A stretch of DNA of 64,000 nt, from the NCBI GenBank assembly GCA_024639505.1, contig JAHEIE010000019.1, positions 4,056 to 68,055 on the forward strand, written 5' to 3'. The notes below the pieces were generated by a model. The model was not told where the DNA came from, ran no database searches, and saw only the letters and a list, made by a program, of their open reading frames with translations. The stretch comes from Crocinitomicaceae bacterium. Lineage in GTDB: Bacteria; Bacteroidota; Bacteroidia; Flavobacteriales_D; CAJJDF01. The translations under genes were made by a program, and so were the position numbers. Shown here piece by piece: positions 56,748 to 64,000 of this stretch; position 1 is the first letter of the stretch, and the number at the start of each line of letters is the position of its first letter.

Positions 56748-56867
56748 TTATTTAGGAGCGTTCTTGCTGTATTTTTCAACAGTCTTTACCGCTTTTTCTA
56801 CTTGTCCTTTGTTGTAGTTCAAATTCTCTTGATTTTTCACTATTTTTTTTGCAACTCTAATTTTCAT
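56748..56867 (-). CDS. Candidate 39-aa lysine-rich small protein (MKIRVAKKIVKNQENLNYNKGQVEKAVKTVEKYSKNAPK)
   Basis: ATG-initiated ORF 23 nt downstream of a perfect TATATTTG box and directly upstream of tRNA-fMet. No family recognised. Confidence 0.35.
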   Translation of the reverse strand: MKIRVAKKIVKNQENLNYNKGQVEKAVKTVEKYSKNAPK

Positions 56868-56889
56868 CTTTCTTGTTTTTATCGGACTG

Positions 56890-56897
56890 CAAATATA
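56890..56897 (-). promoter_or_regulatory. -7 box TATATTTG driving the small ORF and probably tRNA-fMet
   Basis: The minus strand reads TATATTTG. There is no other promoter-like box between it and the tRNA. Confidence 0.5.
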
Positions 56898-56973
56898 GAG
56901 AAATAAATTGAATTAAAAAGATTTGCCCAGTTTATTTCTCTTTTTTTATCCTTAATTCATTTTTACAATGAAT

Positions 56974-58161
56974 CTATATCACTCCTAATTTTTTTCCAAC
57001 TTTTGTAAAAGCCTCAATCGCTTTGTCCAAATGTTCCATTTCGTGTCCAGCAGAAATCTGCACACGTATCCTAGCAGCTCCTTTCGGTACTACAGGGTAA
57101 TAAAAACCAATAACATAAATCCCTTCTTTCAGCAACTCATTACTAAAGTCCTGAGATAGTTTTGCGTCATAAAGCATAATAGGTACAATTGGAGAATCCC
57201 CTTCCTTGATATCAAAACCAGCTGCCTTAATTTTTTCTTTAAAATAATCTTTATTCGACTCTAGTTTATCTCTCAGCTCTGTGCTTTCAGAAAGGATATC
57301 GAATACTTTGTTGGAAGCACCAACGATACTTGGAGCTAAAGAGTTTGAGAACAAATAAGGACGAGATCTTTGTCTCAGCATATCAATAATTTCTTTTTTA
57401 CCTGTTGTGTAACCACCCATTGCTCCTCCAAGTGCTTTTCCTAAGGTTCCAGTGATTATATCTACTTTATCCATTACACCAAAGTGTTCTGGAACACCCC
57501 TACCCGTTTTACCAATAAAACCTGCCGAATGACATTCATCTGTCATTACCAATGCATCATATTTTTCTGCCAACGCACAAATTTCATCCATCTTAGCCAA
57601 ATCGCCATCCATAGAGAATACACCGTCCGTTACAATAATTCTATGCCTTTGATCTTGTGCTTTTAAAAGTTGTTGTTCCAAATCTGCCATGTCAGAATGC
57701 GCATATCTGTAACGAACAGCCTTGCACAAACGAACTCCATCAATAATCGAAGCGTGATTCAAAGCATCAGAAATAATTGCGTCTTCCGCTCCAAACAAAG
57801 GCTCAAAAACGCCTCCATTCGCATCAAAAGCAGCAGCATAAAGAATAGTATCTTCCGTACCATAAAAATCAGCTATTTTCTTTTCTAACTCTTTATGGAT
57901 GTCTTGTGTTCCGCAAATAAAACGAACCGAAGACATACCAAAACCATGAGAATCCAGCGTATCTTTGGCAGCCTTAATCACTTCGGGATGCGAAGATAAA
58001 CCCAAGTAATTGTTGGCACAAAAATTCAACACATTGTCACCCGTACTCACTGCAATTTCTGCAGATTGTGGATTTACTATAACTCTTTCAGATTTATACA
58101 AACCTGCATTTTTTATTTGCTCCAATTCTGTTTGAAGGTGATTTTTTAACTTTCCGTACAT
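56974..58161 (-). CDS. kbl: Glycine C-acetyltransferase (2-amino-3-ketobutyrate CoA ligase)
   Basis: [22 protein letters not shown] and GTLGKALGG (PLP lysine) blocks. Confidence 0.9.
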   Translation of the reverse strand: MYGKLKNHLQTELEQIKNAGLYKSERVIVNPQSAEIAVSTGDNVLNFCANNYLGLSSHPEVIKAAKDTLDSHGFGMSSVRFICGTQDIHKELEKKIADFYGTEDTILYAAAFDANGGVFEPLFGAEDAIISDALNHASIIDGVRLCKAVRYRYAHSDMADLEQQLLKAQDQRHRIIVTDGVFSMDGDLAKMDEICALAEKYDALVMTDECHSAGFIGKTGRGVPEHFGVMDKVDIITGTLGKALGGAMGGYTTGKKEIIDMLRQRSRPYLFSNSLAPSIVGASNKVFDILSESTELRDKLESNKDYFKEKIKAAGFDIKEGDSPIVPIMLYDAKLSQDFSNELLKEGIYVIGFYYPVVPKGAARIRVQISAGHEMEHLDKAIEAFTKVGKKLGVI

Positions 58162-58168
58162 ATTGTTC

Positions 58169-58708
58169 TTATTTAAAAATAATTGGCATTACCATTCTCA
58201 CTTTTACTCTATTTCCGTTTATCTCGCCTGGTGTCCATGGCGAAGAAGATTTCAGCAACTTTACTGCCTGAGCCTGCTGGGCTAAAGAGGAGGCTCCAAC
58301 TGGTCTAAAATTAGTTAAAGTACCGTCTTCTAAAACTACCATTTCTATATAAACTGTGCCAGGTTCAAAATCCATTTCCTCTATATTCATTCTCTCTTCT
58401 ATGAATTCCAAAAAGGTTAATTTATTGGAAAACCTAGGCATTTCTTGAGCTGCATTCAAAACCAAATTTGATGGATCCGTCATGTCATTCCTTTCCACAC
58501 CATCAATCATTTCCGATCCTCTTATAATTTGAATTTGCTCATCCAAATAAGACACTTGATCTTTCAACGAAATCACCTTATTCTTTAAATCAGTATTCGC
58601 TTCTGTAAGATGTTGATTTTTAGATTTCATCAAAGCCAATTCTTTCTTTATTCCACAACTAGACGTCAACCAAATCGAGACTACTGCAAACACTAATGAA
58701 ATTCTCAT
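58169..58708 (-). CDS. Lipoprotein with a coiled-coil segment and a TonB_C-like C-terminal domain
   Basis: Lipobox WLTSSCG; a heptad-like region ([30 protein letters not shown]); and a C-terminal [23 protein letters not shown] resembling the TonB C-terminal fold. ATG 58708 is preferred over 58843. Confidence 0.55.
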   Translation of the reverse strand: MRISLVFAVVSIWLTSSCGIKKELALMKSKNQHLTEANTDLKNKVISLKDQVSYLDEQIQIIRGSEMIDGVERNDMTDPSNLVLNAAQEMPRFSNKLTFLEFIEERMNIEEMDFEPGTVYIEMVVLEDGTLTNFRPVGASSLAQQAQAVKLLKSSSPWTPGEINGNRVKVRMVMPIIFK

Positions 58709-58767
58709 ATTTTTGTTTTTTTTGAATAAATCAAAGATATAATTTTTTACTATAACTAAAAATAATA

Positions 58768-58775
58768 TACATTTG
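58768..58775 (+). promoter_or_regulatory. -7 box TACATTTG immediately upstream of the TPP riboswitch
   Basis: Matches TAnnTTTG and ends just 5' of the aptamer P1 region. Confidence 0.5.
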
Positions 58776-58859
58776 TGACAACTAAGGGGTGCCCAAAATT
58801 TCGGGCTGAGATTATACCCATCGAACCTGCCGTGGTAATTCATGGAAGGGATTTTTGTT
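58776..58859 (+). promoter_or_regulatory. TPP (THI-box) riboswitch
   Basis: All conserved blocks are present in order: GGGGTGC ... GCTGAGA ... ACCC ... GAACCTG ... GGTAAT ... AAGGGA. The P4/P5 helix CCGTG/CATGG and a short P1 ACAA/TTGT can be drawn. Confidence 0.85.
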
Positions 58860-58932
58860 TGGCAAACTACGTTTTGCTCGAAAAATTAGGTGCATCTCTT
58901 GGGATTTATTTAAAACCAAATTAATAAAACCA

Positions 58933-61356
58933 ATGAGAAACGCAATCCTCAACATCGCTTTACTGCTTCTATCTGCAGTCTCTTTTTCTCAGTTCAAAAT
59001 AACTGGAAATGTCACTAACGAAAAATTTGAATCCATTCCATGGGCAACCATTCAAATAGAAAACTCCAGCTATGAGGCAACTACAAACGGAGAAGGCTAT
59101 TATGAATTTTCTAAGCTAAAACCGGGTAGTTACAACTTAGTATACCGATACTTAGGCTACCAAACAGCCAAACGAACTATACTCATTACAAACAATGACA
59201 AAGAATCTACTATTGCTTTGAAACCTAAAGATGTCATGATAAATGAGGTAACCGTAAGTGGAACTCGATTGGAAGAAAACACTCCTACTACCTACACTAC
59301 AATCAACAAGGAGGAAATTAGAAAAAATAATTTAGGGCAAGACATCCCTTATTTATTACAACAATCACCCTCTATGGTAGTTAGTTCTGATGCAGGTGCT
59401 GGAGTTGGATATACTTACATGAGAATAAGAGGAATGGACCAATCGCGAATCAATGTTACCATAAACGGAATTCCTGTAAATGATGCCGAGTCGCACGGAG
59501 TATTTTTCGTAAATATGCCTGATTTTGCATCTTCTATCGAAAGTGTAGACATCCAGAGAGGAGCTGGAACATCCACAAACGGGGTAGCTGCTTTTGGGGC
59601 TTCGGTTAATTTATTCACCGATTTCCGTAGCGAAAATCCTTACGCAGAAGTAAATAACTCGATTGGATCTTTTGGAACTATCAGAAACACAGTGAAATTT
59701 GGTACTGGAGTTATCAATAAAAAATTCTCTTTTGACGGAAGGTTATCCAACATTCAATCGGATGGATTTGTGGACAGAGCTTCTTCCGATTTGCAATCCT
59801 ATTACTTCTCGGGTCAATATGCCTCTGGCAAGAACAGCTTAAAATTTATCACGTTTTCGGGAAATCAACAAACCTACCAAGCGTGGGCAGGAATACCGAG
59901 AGATTCGCTAAAAACCAACCGAACATTCAATCCCTACACGTATGACAATGAAGTTGACAACTACAAACAAACTCATTACCAACTATTTTACGACAGAAAA
60001 ATATCGGACAAGTTATTCTTGAATACAGCCCTGCATTACACAAAAGGACAAGGTTATTTCGAACAATTTCGTGAAGAAGATGACATGGCAACCTATGGAA
60101 TTAATCCAATTACAACATACATTGATGACAGTACCAACGCTACTTTAACTACTACAGATTTAATAAGAAGAAGATGGCTAGACAATGATTTTTATGGAGG
60201 AGTTTTTACTCTAAAATACAAACCAAATAACAAACTTCAAACTATCTTGGGTGGTGGCTTTAACATATATGAAGGCGACCATTTTGGAGAAGTTATTTGG
60301 GCTCAATACGCCAACAATACCGATATCCGAAAAAGATATTACGACAACAAAGCTACCAAAACAGATGGAAATATTTATTCCAAAACAAATTACCAAGTGA
60401 CCAAAAAATTCAATGCATTTTTGGATTTACAAGTAAGACAAATTACCTACGACTTTCTTGGTTTTGATAACCAACTGCGAAATGTACAACAAGATGCTAG
60501 TTTTGTGTTTTTTAATCCAAAAGTGGGAGCTTCTTATGCACTTAACTCTAGCACAAAATTTTACGGAATATTTGCAGTAGCCAATAAAGAACCAAACCGC
60601 GATGATTTTACGGAATCTTCTCCAACTTCGCGACCTACTCACGAAACATTATACGATTTAGAAATTGGTTTCAAACGCTCTAAATCGAAATACGCTCTGA
60701 GTGTAAATGGATATTTCATGCTTTACGAAAACCAGTTAGTTGCAACAGGAGCCATCAACGATGTTGGAGCATCTGTAAGAACAAACATCGAAGATTCTTA
60801 CCGAGTAGGATTAGAAATTGAAGGAGGTGTTCAAATTACCAAAGGCCTAAAATGGAGTGGAAACTTGACTTTGAGTCAAAACAAAATCCAAAATTGGACA
60901 GAATATGTTGACAACTGGGACACTTGGGGAAAAGATATAGTAAAACACTCAAACACAACTTTAGCTTTCTCGCCAAGCATTATCGGAAGCAGTATTTTTG
61001 AGTTTTCTCCTTTCAAAGAGTTTGGTGGCGCTAAAAGTACAAACCGAATTGATAATTTGAGCATTGCTTTAATTAGTAAATATGTAGGAGAACAATTTAT
61101 AGACAATACCGGAAGTAAAGACCGAATGCTAGACGCTTATTTTGTTCACGATTTACGAATTAATTACGACATTAAATTCAGAACGGGAATCGACAAAATC
61201 ACCGTTTTTGGTTCTATTTACAACTTAACCAATGAACTATACTCGGCAAACGCATGGAGCTACCGATATTCTTCTGGCGGTGAATTTCAGCAAGACATGG
61301 GATTCTATCCACAAGCTTCTACTAACTTTTTCGTTGGATTGAATTTGAGGTTTTAA
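58933..61356 (+). CDS. TonB-dependent receptor (TPP-riboswitch controlled; a candidate thiamine or thiamine-precursor outer-membrane transporter)
   Basis: Signal peptide MRNAILNIALLLLSAVSFSQ, a CarboxypepD_reg domain, a plug (MRIRGMDQSRINVTINGIPVND ... VDIQRGAGTSTNG) and a terminal F. The track start 58855 runs through the riboswitch and is rejected. Confidence 0.85.
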   Translation: MRNAILNIALLLLSAVSFSQFKITGNVTNEKFESIPWATIQIENSSYEATTNGEGYYEFSKLKPGSYNLVYRYLGYQTAKRTILITNNDKESTIALKPKDVMINEVTVSGTRLEENTPTTYTTINKEEIRKNNLGQDIPYLLQQSPSMVVSSDAGAGVGYTYMRIRGMDQSRINVTINGIPVNDAESHGVFFVNMPDFASSIESVDIQRGAGTSTNGVAAFGASVNLFTDFRSENPYAEVNNSIGSFGTIRNTVKFGTGVINKKFSFDGRLSNIQSDGFVDRASSDLQSYYFSGQYASGKNSLKFITFSGNQQTYQAWAGIPRDSLKTNRTFNPYTYDNEVDNYKQTHYQLFYDRKISDKLFLNTALHYTKGQGYFEQFREEDDMATYGINPITTYIDDSTNATLTTTDLIRRRWLDNDFYGGVFTLKYKPNNKLQTILGGGFNIYEGDHFGEVIWAQYANNTDIRKRYYDNKATKTDGNIYSKTNYQVTKKFNAFLDLQVRQITYDFLGFDNQLRNVQQDASFVFFNPKVGASYALNSSTKFYGIFAVANKEPNRDDFTESSPTSRPTHETLYDLEIGFKRSKSKYALSVNGYFMLYENQLVATGAINDVGASVRTNIEDSYRVGLEIEGGVQITKGLKWSGNLTLSQNKIQNWTEYVDNWDTWGKDIVKHSNTTLAFSPSIIGSSIFEFSPFKEFGGAKSTNRIDNLSIALISKYVGEQFIDNTGSKDRMLDAYFVHDLRINYDIKFRTGIDKITVFGSIYNLTNELYSANAWSYRYSSGGEFQQDMGFYPQASTNFFVGLNLRF

Positions 61357-61546
61357 GCGAAATTTTGTTCCAAAAAAATAAATCAAGAGGATTGTTCTTG
61401 AAAAAGTCATTCCTTTTTTGCTTTAATTCCGAATCAAATAAAGAAATAAGAGGGTTTAATATTTGTTAAACAGCTAAAATAGTTCTGTTCTAAACTCCCA
61501 TTTCTAATCTATTTTGTCTAACTTTGAATTATAAAAGTTAAACAAA

Positions 61547-62242
61547 ATGAAAAATTACTTAATCATAGGAGGTTCCTCGGGAATCGGGAAATCACTTACA
61601 GAACAAATGGCGTTGGAAGGGGAAGTTTATGCTACTTTCAACAAGAATGAAATAGACAGCCACATCCCAAGTGTAAATTATTACCACTTAGATGTAACGG
61701 CTGACGAAATAGAACTAGACGATTTACCAGACGAAATTCATGGGTTGGCATATTGCCCCGGAAGCATCAACTTGATGCCTTTCAAAAGAATAAAACCAGC
61801 ACAATTTGCTGAAGATTTTGAACTGCAAGTAAACGGAGCTGTAAAAGTGATTCAGAAAGTATTACCAAATCTAAAAGCAGCAGGACATTCTTCCATTCTA
61901 TTTTTCTCTACAGTAGCCGTACAAAATGGATTTAACTTCCATGCACAAGTTGCAGCTTCCAAAGGAGCAATTGAAGGGCTGACTCGTTCGCTCGCAGCAG
62001 AGTTTGCTCCATCGATTAGAGTAAATGCTATTGCTCCATCACTAACTGACACTCCTTTGGCTGGAAAGCTATTGAGCAGTGACGAAAAGAAAGAAGCAAA
62101 CGCACAAAGACATCCTCTTAAAGCTATTGGGAATCCGGAAAATATTGCACAACTTGGAGCGTTCTTATTGTCAGACAAATCAGCTTGGATTACAGGACAA
62201 ATCATTCACGCAGATGGAGGAATGTCATCAATAAAAGGATAA
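61547..62242 (+). CDS. SDR family oxidoreductase
   Basis: IIGGSSGIGKS cofactor motif, S...Y-x3-K-like catalytic region (AASKGAIEGL), and C-terminal ITGQIIHADGG. Confidence 0.8.
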   Translation: MKNYLIIGGSSGIGKSLTEQMALEGEVYATFNKNEIDSHIPSVNYYHLDVTADEIELDDLPDEIHGLAYCPGSINLMPFKRIKPAQFAEDFELQVNGAVKVIQKVLPNLKAAGHSSILFFSTVAVQNGFNFHAQVAASKGAIEGLTRSLAAEFAPSIRVNAIAPSLTDTPLAGKLLSSDEKKEANAQRHPLKAIGNPENIAQLGAFLLSDKSAWITGQIIHADGGMSSIKG

Positions 62243-62257
62243 AAAATATATGATAAT

Positions 62258-62902
62258 ATGGAAGAAACAGCAGTAAACCACAGAGAAGAAATAATCGGTA
62301 GCTTTATGAGCTATGTGCTAGAGCACGGAAAAAAACCGCATAACATATTTACTTTTGCCAAAGAAAATGAAATGAGCGAAAGTGACTTTTATGCTCATTT
62401 TCCAAATTTTGAAGAACTGGAAAAGGAAATATTTTGTGAGTTTTTCACTCAAACCTTGACTCTTTTGGATAAAAACGAAGAGTACAATTCGTTTGACTCT
62501 CAAAACAAGTTATTAAGTTTCTATTTCACGTTTTTCGAGATTTTAACGAGGAACAGAAGTTATGTTTTGCAGGCTATCAAAACCGACAAAATGAAAGGAT
62601 TGGGAGTAACCAAAAGGCTTGGGAAACATTTCAAACAATTCATTCATTCGATCGAGATTGAAACAATGACAATCCCTGAAGACAGACTTAACTCTTTTAA
62701 AGACAAAAGTATAGCAGAAGCTTATTGGGGACAATTTGCATTCATTATGGCATATTGGGAACGAGACACGTCACCTAGTTTTGAAAAGACAGACATATTG
62801 ATAGAAAAACTGGTAAACACAGGATTTCAATTGCAAGACATCAAACCACTAGAAAGCGTGCTTGATTTAGGTAAATTTTTACTGAAAGAACTAAGAAAAT
62901 AA
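62258..62902 (+). CDS. TetR/AcrR-like transcriptional regulator
   Basis: N-terminal three-helix pattern (IIGSFMSYVLEHGKKPHNIFTFAKENEMSESDFYAHFPNFEELEKEIF); tentative. Confidence 0.55.
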   Translation: MEETAVNHREEIIGSFMSYVLEHGKKPHNIFTFAKENEMSESDFYAHFPNFEELEKEIFCEFFTQTLTLLDKNEEYNSFDSQNKLLSFYFTFFEILTRNRSYVLQAIKTDKMKGLGVTKRLGKHFKQFIHSIEIETMTIPEDRLNSFKDKSIAEAYWGQFAFIMAYWERDTSPSFEKTDILIEKLVNTGFQLQDIKPLESVLDLGKFLLKELRK

Positions 62903-62909
62903 TTGCCTT

Positions 62910-64000
62910 ATGGAAACCATTGACAGCATTCCAATTTCAAAAATAAAACGAGCAAGTAAACTTGTTGGGACGGGTGCAAAAGTGGGGGTGAATTACCTCA
63001 AATACTACGGAAGCAAACTCGTGAAAACCGAGAATGATGCGAGAGAACAGTTGAATAAAGATAATGCAGAAGACATTTACAATAGTTTAAAGCAATTGAA
63101 AGGAAGTGCATTAAAAGTAGCTCAGATGTTAAGTATGGAAAAATCCATTATGCCAGCGGCTTATGTTGAAAAATTTTCTTTGTCACAATTTTCGGTTCCA
63201 CCACTTTCTGCACCTCTGGTAAACAAAACTTTCAAAACATATTTTGGTAAAACTCCTAGTGAAGTTTTTGATGAGTTCAACACACATTCAACCAATGCTG
63301 CAAGTATTGGTCAAGTGCACAAAGCCAAAAAAGACGGACAGGAATTGGCTGTAAAAATCCAATATCCTGGAGTGTCAGAAAGTATCAGTTCTGATTTGAA
63401 ATTGGTAAAACCAGTTGCACTGAGAATTCTAAATATTTCGGCTAAAGATTCTGATAAATACTTCAAAGAAGTGGAGGATAAACTGATGGAAGAAACCAAT
63501 TACTTGCTTGAATTAGAACAAAGTAAAGAGATTTCGGAGGCTTGTAAAAACATTCCAAACCTATTGTTTCCAAAGTATTATGATGAATTTTCTTCGGAAA
63601 GAATCATCACAATGGATTGGATGACGGGAGTGCATTTATCCGAATATACCGCCACTCCAGAAAGCGGGAAAAAAATTGGTCAGGCGATGTGGGACTTTTA
63701 CATGTATCAAATGCATACGCTGAAAAAAGTACATGCCGATCCGCATCCAGGAAATTTCCTTGTATCTGAGAATGACGAACTCATTGCCTTAGATTTTGGG
63801 TGTATGAAAATTATTCCTGAAGATTTTTATGCTCCCTATTTTGAATTGATTCAAAAAGAAACCCTTGCAGACGAAAAATTATTTCAAGCCAAAATGCTCG
63901 ATTTAGAAATAATTAAAACCTCTGACTCTGAGGAAGAAGTTGTTTTTTTCTCACAAATGTTTCACGAATTACTCACAGCATTTGCAAAACCTTTGCAAGA
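62910..64000 (+). CDS. ABC1/UbiB (AarF) atypical kinase family protein, N-terminal about 363 aa (3' end outside window)
   Basis: Hand translation gives LKGSALKVAQMLSM, ASIGQVHKAKKDGQELAVKIQYPGV and HADPHPGNFLV. The frame is open to the window end and is absent from the ORF track because it has no stop. Confidence 0.8.
   Translation, partial: METIDSIPISKIKRASKLVGTGAKVGVNYLKYYGSKLVKTENDAREQLNKDNAEDIYNSLKQLKGSALKVAQMLSMEKSIMPAAYVEKFSLSQFSVPPLSAPLVNKTFKTYFGKTPSEVFDEFNTHSTNAASIGQVHKAKKDGQELAVKIQYPGVSESISSDLKLVKPVALRILNISAKDSDKYFKEVEDKLMEETNYLLELEQSKEISEACKNIPNLLFPKYYDEFSSERIITMDWMTGVHLSEYTATPESGKKIGQAMWDFYMYQMHTLKKVHADPHPGNFLVSENDELIALDFGCMKIIPEDFYAPYFELIQKETLADEKLFQAKMLDLEIIKTSDSEEEVVFFSQMFHELLTAFAKPLQ

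Noticed and set aside
58855-58932. Track start of the TBDR ORF (MFGKLRFARKIRCISW...)
   Set aside because: This stretch overlaps the 3' part of the TPP riboswitch and lacks a signal peptide. The real signal peptide begins at ATG 58933.

Overview
A 64-kb, AT-rich chromosomal window from a Bacteroidota genome that looks Flavobacteriia-like. Evidence for that placement: T9SS type A and type B C-terminal sorting domains, PorP/SprF and PorE-like genes, recurrent TAnnTTTG -7 promoter boxes, and many CarboxypepD_reg-fused TonB-dependent receptors. I can support about 57 protein genes. Most are core housekeeping: dnaA, thyA, prfA, pyrF, lpd, menB, kdsB, pdxJ, kbl, dprA, bshC, a purM-like gene and mnmD. 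There are two CAU-anticodon tRNAs (one elongator-type, one initiator-type), one TPP riboswitch and several clean rho-independent terminators. I saw no CRISPR array, rRNA, transposase, integrase or obvious prophage. The points most worth follow-up: (1) a tightly packed minus-strand operon for UDP-sugar precursors (Wbp-type di-N-acetyl-glucuronate branch plus UDP-xylose branch) has a 965-aa BNR-repeat T9SS type-A cargo gene wedged inside it with a TAATG stop/start overlap; (2) T9SS accessory modules are duplicated: a type-B cargo with its PorP/SprF partner, a PorP/SprF + PorE-like operon, and a second orphan PorE-like paralog; (3) a TPP riboswitch drives a lone TonB-dependent receptor; (4) a 3-hydroxyanthranilate dioxygenase / ACMS decarboxylase pair; (5) a 760-bp non-coding island around tRNA-fMet holds an orphan signal-peptide mini-ORF and a promoter-equipped 39-codon ORF. 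All functional calls come from motif recognition by eye, and no database search was possible.
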